38,617 bases of DNA from Tubiluchus corallicola (lineage: Eukaryota > Animalia > Priapulida). Below the pieces are notes generated by a model, which was given only the letters and a program-made list of their open reading frames with translations, was not told the origin of the DNA and ran no database searches. The translations under genes were made by a program, and so were the position numbers. The stretch covers positions 1-38,617 of the forward strand of contig JAQGDQ010001483.1 of assembly GCA_030141605.1 (NCBI GenBank), in the 5' to 3' direction. Within the stretch, counting starts at the first letter, position 1, and each line of letters starts with the position of its first letter. Shown here one piece after another: positions 22,132-38,617 of this stretch.

Positions 22132-25069
22132 AGTCTTATATTTTAAAATACCTATTTACATAAATGGACAGGCAACGTTTAATTTAATTTTAAGTACACA
22201 CAAATACACACATATATGTATATTAATTATCAGTAATGCGGAAAGAGTATGTTGAAATTTTTGGAAAGTTTCCGTATAAAAATTTCCTTTGTTTAAATAA
22301 GACCAATTTTAACACCAAATATTGTATTTGGTGTACTCAAAGCAAATTACAAACACTGAATTTTAATCATGCAGTGAGGTGTATTAAATATTTGTATAAG
22401 GTGGAGAAATATGCAGGTGCCAACCTTGGGATAGAGTACTAGAAAAAGTTGAAGATAGTTAGTTACCTTTGACTCATATATTCTAATTTACTGAACAACC
22501 AAAATTGTCAGAGTGTAGTCAATGCATATTACTGATTACAACTAATTGCATTCATTGAGAGTCAATTAGTGCTTGTATTTCTTTATTGTTATATTAATTG
22601 TCTTGGTTTTTGTAATTTGTAAAGCATGGTTTGTATTAAATAAAATGTTAAATATAAAAAATATACATTAATGATATAGTGTTAAATATACGATGTTACT
22701 AAGATCGTCGAAAATTATAACAAGAAAAATACACTATTAATTCAAACAGTTGAATCTTTATTACTACACTGCGACCTTGTAAGGCAAGAAGAGAGACTAA
22801 ATTTCCGAAAAGAATTAGCAGATGGAACAATTTCTGACATCTTCATACGGCTAAGAAGGAAACCTTTAATTGACGTCTTTGTAAATATTGTAAAAGAAAA
22901 TTTTATTATTGACATTATGTTGCAATATCTAAATGCTTAGCTGATTGCGCAAATCTGGTTCATTGTACAACTGTACTGAAATTATCAATGATACAGTTCA
23001 TATACAAATTAGGCATGGCTGCGCTCATATCGATACGAATTTTCTCTATAATCGTTATGAGACATTTCAGTTCTAGGTTGATTTAGTGATTTGGCATATT
23101 ACGCAATAATTTTTGGGTTTTCTTGTGCAAAATTTACCTTGAAATCGTATCATGTGAAAAGTCCCAACAATGCAAATCGAACTGCCATAGTTAAAAGCAC
23201 TTTGCGCTTTTGTGGAGGTTAGATAAAAACGTGAATTTTGATCGTGAATAGAGTGTTTAACGTATGTACTCACTTACGTAACTGTCAGTTATTACATATC
23301 ATCTGTGATCACTGCGATGAACTTTGATGAATTAAGGTGCAATGTGTGAAGCTCAGATCACTGCTTAGTTGATTTCAGAAGTGCTTCAAAGGTCATTTGA
23401 AGGAGGTCGCGAAAGATAAACTTGAGCCGCAGGTCAAATTGTTCATTCTAATGCGTTTGCGTAGCTTTCTGACCGTCGTATGTATAAGTTTTGAAACCAT
23501 CAACGTCATAAGACCCAGCTTCTACTGAATCTGCGGGGTCGATGCTCATCAAAAGGCGACCACGGTTTACATAAAATTATGATGACGAACTTGGCGCATC
23601 TTGAATTTTGTTTGCTCAAATTTATTTTAAAAGGAATAACCCTGGTTCCTGTTCCAAACATTTTTTCAGCCTGCTTACACTAATGGATCACGTATGGGCA
23701 CACTTTGACCTGCTGGAACAGTCCAAACACATGTGATTATCTCCAGCAATGAGGTTTACTATCAAGCTAATATCCATGTTAAACAGGTGTAAATCAGCTG
23801 TAGGCTTACCCGCCGGCAGACAAGCGACCACATTGTAAAAACATAGGCACATAGTCTGAATTAGATCTGTGAGGTTAGCAAGACGACGGTTCATGTAAGG
23901 AAAAAGTTGATGATAATCTACCGTAAACAAAACACGCCAAGTTATTTGAAGTCAATGTTGATCGTTTGGAGTACGACAGCCATGTTTTCTGCAAGTGCAA
24001 GCCATGTGTCGCATGCAGCAAAACAAACTAATAGGAAGTTAACTCGTTATCACCAAGTTGCTTCAAGGCTTGAAGCCAAACACGTGTTTAGACTTTAAAG
24101 TGGCTCAACAACAGGTTAATTTCATAAACCCTGGCTTCAATCTGTAAAGAATGCTATAATTCCACTTGTTTTTTTGTACTTAGAGGGTGGATTTTACAAA
24201 GTACAGCTGCTACCACATCTTTTTATTATACACATTGCAAATACACAATAAATCAGTGAATTCAACTCAAACAGATATCTCTTTACTACTGCAGTAATCC
24301 TAATTTCCTATCTTCATTTTTCAAGTACTTGAATCTACAGAAATTAGAAATGCACTCGTGAGACTGAAAACGAAGCCAGACGATTACCGGAAATAGAAAA
24401 AGAAGATGAGATCGGAAGCTAACACAGGAAAAGGGAAAACTGTCAAGCGTACAAACAGGAAGTTTGAGACGAAAGTTGATCAGCTGGAGAAAAAGCGGTT
24501 TCCTTAAACAAAGAAGATAAATTCAAGCAAAATATTTTAGATAACCAATGTAACATATAGTAGTGCAAGCGTGAATCGTCTCAAATTATTGACACACAAT
24601 TTTAAACTTACTTTTTATAGCCAAAAAATGTCTATAAAGTATAAAATTGCTTTATACTGGAGCAGTAAAGAAATTTTGACGTAACTGGTAGACTTCGTGA
24701 CTTTTCGTAAGCGCGTCGTGGGCTTCCGTAGGCGCGCGCTGTTTAAACTAATTCAAACTTCTGCTGCTCACTTAATGTTCAAGCAAAAAAATCACCAGAT
24801 TAGTCATAGCTTTTTTTGTAGTCATTGGTGGAAAAATGGGCATCGAAATGAGATTTTACTTTAAAGTGATTTTACTAAGTACGAAACGTTTATCTCACTT
24901 TTATTACTAAATCGTTCAAACATTTTCGGCGAACATTGAAATAAGCCAAACTTCGCAGAAGGGTTGTCCTTTCTTTAAAAGTTACTGAATAAAACTTTTT
25001 CTGAATTCGAATAATGTGGTGATGCAAGCGATTCCGATTTTTGCTGCATTTTAATACAGTACTGTAATG

Positions 25070-25720
25070 TAAATTATATTTATATCATTTAAAATCTCAG
25101 TACTCTGAACACGCCGCACGATAAAATACATTTAAATTTTAATATTCATAAGAAGCATAATATTTAAAAGACATTAAAAATTAAAACTAATTCGCCACAA
25201 AAAGTACAATATAAAGAAACGTGTTTTGAGATATTTTTAAAACAATCTAATGAATTTGTAGAACGTATAGCAACAGGTAAGTTATTCCAGAGATGCGGAG
25301 CAAAGTGATGAATTAGCATTTTGGAATTAGAATACTGTATTAGGGATTAGCAGATGTAAATTAATTTGTTCATTAGCATTAGAACGAAGTGTTTGGCCCA
25401 TGTAGCAGCGTATTAAAATATCAGTAAGGTATGCAAGTGCTAAACCATGAAGTATTTTGTAAGTGATACAAAGAATTTTAAATTGAATTTGTAACTTGAT
25501 CGGCAGCCACCGTAACTCTCCTAGAATAGGTGTAATATGATCGTGTTTTTTAGTTTTCATAATGAGACGATAAGTAGAATTCTAAATTAGATGGCGTTTG
25601 CAATTATCATGTTCAGGGAGTCCAAAAAGTAAATTATTGCAATTATCAAGTTTGGACGTCGTGAAGACACGTATGAGTTCTTCAGTTGTTTGGTGGTTGA
25701 CAATATTCCTGATATATCGC
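25070..25720 (-). mobile_element. decayed L2-clade LINE, ORF2 C-terminus plus 3' UTR
   Basis: Minus strand reads RYIRN...LIRVFTTSKLDNCNNLLFGLP...LI*NSTYRLIMKTKKHDHITPILGELRWLPIKLQIQFKILCITYKILHGLALAYL...APHLWNNLP..IRSTNSLDCFK, matching the L2 consensus SRLDYCNSLL.GLP / HITPVL..LHWLP / APxLWNxLP. Internal stop present. Confidence 0.88.
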
Positions 25721-27584
25721 AGAAACTGCCGGCTTAACAACCTTGTAATTTTTTCACTAGATGTGAAATTGTACTTTTAAACGACTCTGATGATTTTCAG
25801 AGTATACGCCATCACTTGTTAACTAAATGTTACAATTAACAAAATTCAGTACAATCTGCTTTACCGCTAGCAAAAGAAATCCGAGGAATAGCTATTGCAT
25901 AGATGCAATGTTACAACTCCACCTGCTCCAAATTTGTATTACTATTAGTGTTCTAAGACTTAAAAACAAAAAACATTGTAATGATATAGAAGTAGAAATT
26001 TTAGCCAAGCCAAAATGCACACATTACAATAACGTTTCATGTTATGGTACTACAAGCAAAACTTTCCGCCGAAACCTTTTTGCTCTTAAAAAAGTTTATG
26101 TGATGTCTGTACAGGAATTTTTGCATGAAGCCCGTTGAGGATTTAGATATTATTGAAAACTCGCAAAGACATATCACAAGACGATTTTATTATTACGTAT
26201 TACGTGATACGTATCCAGAAAGACGCAAAATTATTAAATGATTTAGCCGTGAGCTATAAGCAAACCACGTGGATGCTCATCTAGAGTCTGAAGCGCTTCT
26301 TTAATGTACTTTAGCATATAAAGGCAAAAGTAATCATTGTCTAAAATATTTGTGTACGTAAAACAAATCAAGAGGTTTTGTATCATTTTCCCCATTTGGG
26401 CATTAATCCAGTACTAATCACAGTGGTGCGAAAAGTTTCAAAAATATGAAGAGTGTTCTTCAAAATTACATAAAACATGATTTTTCGATAAGACTCTAAG
26501 TTCCAATTGCAGAACAGCAGATTGGCTGTGTTGTAAGGTGCTGGGACCAGGTGGCCTAACACTGGTCAAGCTATCAAGTCAATACTCCCTTGGCGGTACT
26601 CAGTAATTATAGTCAGCAATAAACACGAGTCGTTGCACATGCTGCAATGAAACCCCACACAACACAACCTTTTATTATTATTACAGCGGTTCTGTGGTTT
26701 TTTCCTCACCACAACTTCGCTATCACCACGTGTGCGCATGGCTAAAACATGGGCTCTTTTCGTTGCTGTCTCTTCGATTAGTTGAAAAGCTGTTAGCCAC
26801 ATGAGCGAAGACCATTTCATTAACTTTTGCAAGAGCAAAGCTGTAAAAGGCTTCCATTGAGGTCTTTTTAGCACCCCATAAAGCTCGAGTCGCAAAACAA
26901 ACGCAGTCAAAGCTGACACCTTAACAGCAAATTTTTCTTGCTAATGCACTCCTGTTTGCAGCAAAGTGCATCCAAGGTGTGAATTATCAACGGAAAGAAA
27001 GAAAACACCGTGCTCTGTTGCTTTAAGTGAATTGCCATTAAACGCAAATAAGTCTTTTGCTTAAAAATATATTCATGTCTTAAAAGCGGGGAACGTCTTG
27101 AGCATGTTTCTGTGCATTATACTATTATTCCTTTCAGTGTCAATATTTTGAGACGAGCACCTTGGCGCCAACCCACCTGTAACCCTAGGGTCAACCCACC
27201 TGTATCATGCACATATTTAATAGCTATGGAGGCGCGAGGTGTAACGAAACAGGACATGAAATTACTACAAAGCGCAGGTAGAGCTTTTATCTTGTTCCTT
27301 ATTCTTTGCTTAATTCTTCCATAGAAAGTTTTTAGGTTATCTCTAAAATTTGTTCAGCGTTGAATTTATATATTGAATTTATTGGTTGAGTTACGTGTTC
27401 TGGAGCGAATGTTGTAGCTTTATTACACTCTTATTATTAATACAGCTATCACACGCATGTATACCAGTGATGATAATAGCGAAGATGACTATGGTAGTGC
27501 CTTAATTTTTATAATCTTATCGCTTACATTCATGCAACATAATATTACAAAGCAGACGTTCCACATTTTTCACTAAACGTTATG

Positions 27585-28080
27585 CCTGCCTACTTATCTA
27601 CCTATCTACCTACTTAAATATCTAATTACCTACTTACCTACCTACCTACCTACCTACCTACCTACCTACCTACCTACCTACCTAATTACCTACCTACTTA
27701 ACCCAGCTACCTACCTACCTACCTACCTACCTACCTACCTACCTACCTACCTACCTATCTACCTACCTACCTACCTACCTACCTATTTACCTATCTACCC
27801 AACCCAGCTACCTACCTACCTACCTACCTACCTACATGCATGCATGCATACATACATACATACATACATACATACATACATACATACATACATACATACA
27901 TACATACATACATACATACATACATACATACATACATACATACATACATACATACATACATACATACATACATACATACATACATACATACATACATACA
28001 TACATACATACATACATACATACATACATACATACATACATACATACATACATACATACATACATACATACATACATACA

Positions 28081-28110
<30 letters not shown>
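27585..28110. repeat. (CCTA)n followed by a long pure (CATA)n microsatellite
   Basis: direct reading; source of the MYVC/IHTY ORFs. Confidence 0.97.
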
Positions 28111-28114
<4 letters not shown>

Positions 28115-28139
28115 CTTTCCTAGTTACTCGCTGTAACCT

Positions 28140-28280
28140 ATTATCCTTGTACCAAGTTTGGGGTTAATATTCAAAATCTGTTACTTTTTCTCAGACGGAC
28201 ACACAGCGAAACAAATACACAGGCAGGCAGGGAGAAATGGATATACCCTATCCCAGGCACGATCGTCCGTGTGGATAACT
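28140..28280 (+). mobile_element. possible 3' end of a DINE-1/HINE-like (Helentron-associated) element
   Basis: TGTACCAAGTTTGG core, degenerate CAGACGGAC/CAGG tetramer tract, then terminal hairpin TATCC...ACGATCGT...GGATA; recognised by architecture only. Confidence 0.4.
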
Positions 28281-29910
28281 GCAAAATAAGTGTACTCTTC
28301 CTTGCATACACACAATCTCACATTTGTAGTTTTTTAGCAGTTTCGCCTGTCTAATTCAGATTTTTGCGAAGACTATCAGTTATTACATGTCTCACTCCTA
28401 TATCACCTGCTAGCGTCATGACAGCATCATTAAATCAGGTAAGATCAGGTGCGTTATTGAAACGGTAATCTCTCAATGCAGTTGGATGTGAGCAGTGCAA
28501 TAGGGCACTGATATCTTGGGATTCTCCAACCATTAGTTACAAAAATGTCAAGTAAGTACGCGTCATTCGTGCACTACATCAGAGCAAAGCAATTCTTAGC
28601 AAAGAGGCAATACTGTAAAAACAAACTTCATGTGTTACCTGCAGTGAGAAGAAATATTTAACTATTAAAAAACACTTGTTATATTTCAAATAGGGTGATC
28701 CACTTTGTCTCTTTCTAAAACGTTGTCATGTCAATTAAATGAAAATGTGTAGAAACTTAGAATGAGCAATTCAGAAAAAAGGACTCGATTCTGTATTATT
28801 GTAGCAGTAATTTTTTTCTATATATTTATTGATATTTGATTCAATGTGATTTTATTACAAAAAGTAATTCTAATAGAAATTGTAACGAAAGACCTTTATT
28901 TTTTCACATTAAAATACAGATATTAATATATTTAGAGGCTAATTTTCTAAAACTTATACAGCCAGCAGCAGCAGTATAGAGCGGCAACTGCAATAGCTAC
29001 AGACGTGGATCATGGATCACCAACATTAAAGGAAGACAGGATGATTTTTCGTATTCTACCCCATTTTCACATCCGATAAAACGTATACATTTCAACACAA
29101 TTAATACTACAAAAGCTTTCCTGATAATTAAATTATGGATTTAAAACTTAATTAACGGCGGGCGAGCCAAACTATTGATGACATCACATTCTAACATAAT
29201 TTTCAAAAGTAAAAATATTCCACGAGCGTGTTGCACGTGTTTGCAAAAGCGAAAATTGAAGTACATTGCTACTGTAAGATATTCAGTGTGTTGTACTAAT
29301 GTGCGCATGAGCTGTCGAACGTGTGTAGTTCGTCACAAACTAACACATCTGAACTGAGAGGTACAGAGCCTGTTTTTGTGCAATACATTTCGGAAATGCA
29401 GGTGCTAGTGCCCGTCTAACCAGCGAAGAACTAGTGGCACGAACACGAAATTGTGTTTGTGTGGTAATAATTCTTTCTCGTAAGTCATTTTTGAAAAATG
29501 GTATGTTATTTTTTTCAATATTTTCTAGAGTAGATTGTTTTAAACAACAGTTTAAGATTGGGTCCAGTTTTGCTTTAATGATGAGAGTCAAATTGCAATC
29601 TACACGTTTGCATATCCCTATTAGCATTGCGCAGCCTTGTGAAGACAAACATTTATAGACTCTAGATATAAAAAAATAATACGTTAAAGCTGAAAAAACT
29701 ATGAAACGTGACTTGAAGAGACATCCTAGTAAAGCCGTGTGCATGTTAAGTTATTAGTTCAACACAAACAAGAATTTCACCTACATGAGTATGGCGAGAA
29801 TAAAATTGAAAAACAGAAGAATGACGTAATGTGACAATTTCTTGCTTTATTGTTACACCAGGGAAAAGTTAGTTACTGAAAATTGTGGCTCGATCTGCAT
29901 CCCAAGTTAG

Positions 29911-30161
29911 TATTACAAGTTTTACAAGTTATTACAAGTATTACAAGTATTACAAGTTATTACAAGTATTACAAGTTATTACAAGTATTACAAGTTATTA
30001 CAAGTATTACAAGTTATTACAAGTATTACAAGTTATTACAAGTTTTACAAGTTATTACAAGTATTACAAGTATTACAAGTATTACAAGTTATTACAAGTA
30101 TTACAAGTTATTACAAGTATTACAAGTTATTACAAGTATTACAAGTATTAAGTATTACAAG
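29911..30161. repeat. minisatellite of 9/10-bp units TATTACAAG / TTATTACAAG / TTTTACAAG, ~27 units
   Basis: direct parsing. Confidence 0.95.
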
Positions 30162-32603
30162 TTTTAAACATTTTAGTTTTGTATATTGAGGCAATTTAGA
30201 CAAGTGTTTGAAAAACGTGGCTAGATTTTTGGTAACAATTTTCTGCTTGACAAGGGAAAACGGCGTCGTTATATGAATTGATATATTAATTTTAGTGCTA
30301 ATGTTATAAAATAAAAACTAATATGGTAGTTTACAAGGTGCTAGTTTACAAATCACGCTATATTACGAATGCAGCAAGGATCAACTAAATCTATTCTTTA
30401 TGCATAAATCTTCGAAATTTAAAGCAAAGAATAAAAGCATTTTTACATGTGCGTGTATATGACATCGTATATTACATGGCTTCTCGTGTTCAGCAGGCTT
30501 CCTAGATTTGCTAATAATAAGACAAGAATATTTCAACAACTTTTTGTTATTATTCAATTACTGCTAATGACGACTGCTTTTCCCATAGCTATTTGCAATT
30601 GGGGAAGACGGGGATCTACACGAATTGTATGTTTAGACTCACAACAAACCGCATAAACACGAGCTGTATTGATTATGATGAGCTTTTAGCAGCTTTCAGC
30701 TGTGATAACTTAAACGACTTAAAACCTGACCACTTCCGTATTCTGCCCCTTAGGACTGTGATTGCCCGTGCAATCAGAATGCACAAACTTACGCCCCCGC
30801 AATCTAAATGGAAAAGAGCACTTGTTGGTTTCTAGTCTAATGAGCTTTGCAGAGTAATTATCATTTAGGTTAGTGTACAAGAAGCTAATGCTAACCCGTA
30901 CGGATTCTCCTATGCTATGCTATTCATGGAAGATGCAATTTTAATGCGAAGTAATTATTTCGCCTGCCTTATTATTTAGTGAATTGTTTAGGATGACTAA
31001 CGTAATACATAATAACAAAATGGTATTTGCTTAACCGTTTTCGTTTTACCCCATCTTCCTCCATGATCGACTGACTATTAACGACAGAAAAGTGTATAAA
31101 GTATGTTAATATAAAAGTCATAATAAAATATTTCTATAGTTAAAAGTGCGCAGTAATAACACATACCTTTTGCGCAGCAATGAAATTACAATTAGACTTT
31201 AACGTGTTAAGTGCACTTATCTTAATGACCTACCATCTGTCTCTTCTCTATTCCTGCAGATGGCGCAATGATCATTAGTGGCTCCCACTGGGCAATGCTT
31301 AACCTTAATTTAGCGCGTTTTCAACAATTTTGCTAAAAAATTGAAGTAACTATTATTATATTAAGAATTTCTCTCCCACTTTCGCCCCTTGGTATGGAAC
31401 CGCCTTCGGTCTTATTTTGAATCACAGGTTGTTGATGATAAAGCCGCGTTGTTAATAACGTGAAAATTATGGGCTTCCTTCTGCGACGTTCTCTGGCTTC
31501 CTTAATCAACATCTCGTATGTTAAGGTGAATTGTTACCTGAATAATAAGACTTCGCCACAGGTAAGCATTATGCGTGCAAGATAGCCTGCAACGCAATTA
31601 AGTAAGTACTAGAAGATTCATGAAACCTAATACATTGACTGTGGTTAACACCACGCGCACAAGAGAGAGATGAGAGCAGCAATTATCCACGTGAGATGAA
31701 ACCCTTTGTTAATGAGCTTGCGTGCCTTGTAGGATAAGTCAGCCTTCGTTTAAATCAGAAAATGCTAATGGCTCCCCCTTTGTTGCCTGTGTAATTAAAA
31801 ATTAATCTATCCGAGATCATCATCTGCGCATGCACGACACAAAACGGGGTGAACTTTAAATAACTAAAAAATGTGTGATTTCTCGACAATGTGGAAACAA
31901 AAACATATAATAGCTGTGTTAAATTTATGCTGTTTTCATTGTAACCAAACAGCGAAGTTTACAAGCAATCTTTTCAGCTGTCAACATTCGCCGGCATTTA
32001 TAGTAAACATAGTATTTCTTAAATAAAACCTGATGTTTGCTTGACAAGACGAACTGCCAGAAAAAACAGTTGGTGATTATTGTAGTAATTTTTTAGCGTA
32101 GACACAGCCACAGCTGGCTGTATTGTCAATTATGATCGCATATGATCTAAACACCCTCTGCTGGAGTTCTGACAGACCTGCAAGAATCCAATGTTATTGT
32201 TTATGTTCTGCCCCACTGTGAAAGGCAATCAATTTTTCTCAAGGGGTGCAACGTATTATAAACAAGTGTCACGTTCAGTTGCCCATATTACAGAAATATT
32301 AGAGACCTACTGGGCACTATATTTTAAGCTGCTGATAATTATTATTTCGAGAAAAAAGTAGTTCACAACGCAAAACTGATTTGATGTGAAAAGGGGTGAA
32401 ATTAGTATTTAGATGCCTCGTACTTATTCACACATACACTACATTACCGTATTTTTGCATAAATGCCTGATGTTGATCCCACAAAAAAGATATTTTTAGT
32501 ATAAAGATATTTTTGTATAAACACTCTTTATTAAACTCAGAATTAACAATGAAGAATTACAAATGCTTAACTAAAGTTTCTTCTGGGGTAATAAATTGAA
32601 CTT

Positions 32604-32604
<1 letters not shown>

Positions 32605-32654
<50 letters not shown>

Positions 32655-32720
32655 ACGCACACGCACACGCACACGCACACGCACACGCACACGCACACGC
32701 ACACACACACACACACACAC
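32605..32720. repeat. (CA)n with internal (CACACG)n
   Basis: direct reading. Confidence 0.95.
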
Positions 32721-34103
32721 AAAAAAAGAAGATCACAAACATATCATAATGTTGCGGTAGACAAAATTTAACAGCTAAAGTGAAATTACATAGGTAAGCT
32801 ATGACATTTTACAAGTCATTATAACATGGAATGCCAAAGTGATCTCTTAATTCCTGTAAGAATTTTTTTTTATTTTTTGTAGCAAAAAATCAAAACTATA
32901 TCAGTAATACACACATAAGCATCTCTTATACATGTACTATAATTATGCGCGCAAAAAGAGCAACAAATTGCATTTGTTACTGTGTTTTATAAACGAGGGA
33001 AAAGAACAATAAAGAACGAGAGGTTTATTTAATATTGCCGGTGTTTATAACTTTGCTTCGATAATAGAATCAGTGCCGATAAAACAGTTTCTCTATTATC
33101 ATTTTAAAAATTGCTTAGACAAAATGAGAAAGTTAATGTCAACAACACGGTTTTATTAGCACTGCCACGCTTTACCCTTTTGTAGTTGCCGACAATAAAT
33201 TAAGCATAATTTCAATAGCCGCTGACAGAGGCGAACACATTAATCTTTTATCCATCCATAATCTATAATGAATTTCATAACACGTTTACGCCTACATTAG
33301 CCAGGTGAGCTGTAAGCTGAACACCTGTGATGTGTGCTCTCACGATTGCATGTTAATGTAATTAGTACCAGGTAAATGCAATGAGTACATTGCCTGTTGT
33401 TTTACAGATTTTAATGGCGCGTTTAAGTTATTATGAAATTTCGTGTTACGCAAACCATTAATAACATTTGGCCATTTAGATTTAATGATGGCGGTGCTGC
33501 TTTTAAACAATCTACTCAGGAAAGCGGCTACTCAGGTATACCTATTCGTTCTATTCAGGTAATAGAAGCCCTTTTAAAATATCATCACATTTTGAGTATA
33601 TTCAACTGAAAGTAATTTGCTTTACTTTGGCTTTCTAGTCAAGCTGCTAAGTAAGGGCGTCTACGTCTGATTTATTCAGAGAATAGGAATGTGTCCAGAC
33701 AAGCCTATTGTTAAGAACCACATTAGGGTTTAACTCCAAAGAATTGTCTCCATTCACAAATCCGACCCATTCATTCAGTCCAGTTTTAGTATTTGCCAGT
33801 AGTGTCACCCGTTCAGAAATCAGCTATTTGTGTGCATGCATACCAGACCTTTAGAACTTCTAGCATGCATATACAAATTCCCAAATCCTATCTTCAAAGG
33901 AAAATTAATTATATATATATATCTTAATCTAATATAATAAGAATATAATAATCTTTATTTGCCATTAAAAGACATTGATAATCACTAATAAAAACTTTAC
34001 AAAGATAATCAATCAGTGTTAGTTAATAAAAACTTACACTGCTGAAGAAATTAAGATTCATAACAATGCTTTTACTGAATGCTTGACCATAACGATGCTT
34101 TTT

Positions 34104-35588
<1,485 letters not shown>

Positions 35589-35959
35589 CAAGCAAACAAA
35601 TAGAAAGTAAGAAAGAAAGGATTAATAAATTTTTCTATGATCGCAAATTTATTTAAATTACTTTTGTAAAACACATGCGATAAGCTGAAAAATAAACATA
35701 CGCACTTGGCCAACGCTCTCCAAAGTACATGCAGTATAAATTTTTAATCCGCGACAACTCAGCAATTAACCTAAAACCACGTGCATCCGCGTATATCATC
35801 ATATTGTCAGTTTATTACGCCACTTTTATACGTAAAATAATTAAAACAAAATTGGCGGTTTACAATTACTTCGCCATGGTGAATAGAAAAAAGGAAGATG
35901 GAGAGGAAAATTGGGGAAAAGAGGGCAGAGCAGAGAAAACTGAAAGCTAGATTGGTAGA

Positions 35960-36370
35960 AGACACAGCAAGTGGGCAAGTAAACAGATAGGCGGATAGGT
36001 TTGTAAACAGGTAAGCAAGTAGACAGGCAAGTAGGTAAGTTGGCAGGTAGGTAGGCAGGTAGGTAGGTAGGTAGGTAGGTAGGTAGGTAGGTAGGTATGT
36101 AGGTATGTATGCATGTATGTAGGTAGGTAGGTAGGTAGGTAGGTAGGTAGGTAGGTAGGTAGGTAGGTAGGTAGGTAGGTAGGTAGGTAGGTAGGTAGGT
36201 ACGTAGGTAGATAGATAGGTAGGTAGGTAGGTAGTAGGTAGGTAGGTAGGTAGGTAGGTAGGTAGGTAGGTAAGTAGGTAGTAGGTAGGTAGGTAGGTAG
36301 GTAGGTAGGTAGGTAAGTAGGTAGGCGGTTAGACAGACAGACAAGCAGGTAGGTAAGTGGATAGGTAGGA
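35960..36370. repeat. (GGTA)n microsatellite with degenerate flanks, in the inverted-repeat spacer
   Basis: direct reading. Confidence 0.93.
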
Positions 36371-37108
36371 AGGAGAAAGCGTAATGATATGAAAATTCAG
36401 AAGTAAAGCGAAGCCAATTCTCTCTTTCTTCTTTTATTATTGCAAATCTCATGAACATAAGCCTGCATTTTTTGCAACAAGATTAATAGTCTCGGTATTA
36501 TTGATAAAAAACATGCTCAGACAAAGTGAAACGCGCGTCTGCCCAGCCTACGTAAATATAAGTGCATGTATCCTATGTAATTGTCTCGTTACCACAAGCC
36601 CGCAATATTCGACAACGATGCAATCGTGCCCATCGTGAATGAGACGTAACATCCATTGGGAATTGGCAAGCGAAGTTAACATTAATCTTGAGATTGTCTA
36701 AATTCACGTATTGTCGAACAAATTAGATCTCGGTTGAAATCGTCTGGCTTACCTTTTTCACGCTAAACTGAATGTCCCCGCGATAAAGAACTATTTTTCA
36801 CGCGGATCGATGTTGGTCTAAGCTCCTTTTGACTGCGTGCTCCTCAGTCGGTTAATTCCGCAAAAAGAGATTTCTTTTGCATCTGGTCATGACAGTCCTG
36901 CGAGCATTATACGTTGCACGTGGCTTCTTACATTTTCTACCTAATGCGTAGAGCACGCTGGCTCCTCTGGGGTATTGTAAAGCCATGTATGCATTCAGAA
37001 CTGCAGCGCATAAAGCCGCTACATGTGAGAAGCTGCAATAAACCGCTTGGATTATTTTTGTTTTTTGAATCTTATACACACGTTAGTAATGTTAGAGGTA
37101 GGGAAAAT

Positions 37109-38617
<1,509 letters not shown>

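Noticed and set aside
23270-24130. Coding-like composition with short ORFs on both strands
   Set aside because: Multiple stops, no consistent splice sites, no recognised family; probably a decayed transposon.
24650-25055. Possible TTAA-flanked MITE (ttatactggagcag...ctgcattttaa)
   Set aside because: Terminal match too degenerate to support.
26566-26919. 117-aa minus-strand ORF with Cys-rich tail
   Set aside because: Non-ATG start, and cysteine spacing does not clearly fit a known transposase zinc-binding domain.
27824-28167. MYVC/IHTY repeat ORFs
   Set aside because: Translation of (CATA)n.
29911-30161. CRISPR-like or telomeric array
   Set aside because: No unique spacers, eukaryotic context, and the unit is not a known telomere repeat.
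26419-32220. CACAGTGG ... CCACTGTG, Transib/RSS-heptamer-like inverted ends
   Set aside because: The match is short, the flanks (CTAAT vs AAAGG) give no TSD, and no transposase is recognisable between them.

Overview
AT-rich animal (invertebrate-type) genomic DNA. The left half (+ strand, ~243/2559-18654) holds the 3' portion of a multi-exon BAIAP3/UNC13D (Munc13-4/staccato)-family gene with a C2A-MUN-C2B layout. I assembled 25 GT-AG exons by hand into one open frame of ~976 codons ending in TAA at 18652-18654; the 5' exons lie upstream of the window. A complete 164-nt U1 snRNA gene with a PSE-like element sits in the sense orientation inside one intron (10793-10956). The introns also hold three frame-preserving microexon candidates (12, 9 and 3 nt) that are too short for the ORF track. 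Just after the stop codon is a diverged but still open copy of the last coding segment, with an in-phase AG. The right half has no recognisable genes: LINE remnants, micro- and minisatellites, and a young ~1.5-kb-arm inverted duplication (34104-35588 / 37109-38617+) whose inner ends fall in a GAAA microsatellite. Most long ORFs in the track are microsatellite artefacts. Family assignments come from motif recognition, not database searches.
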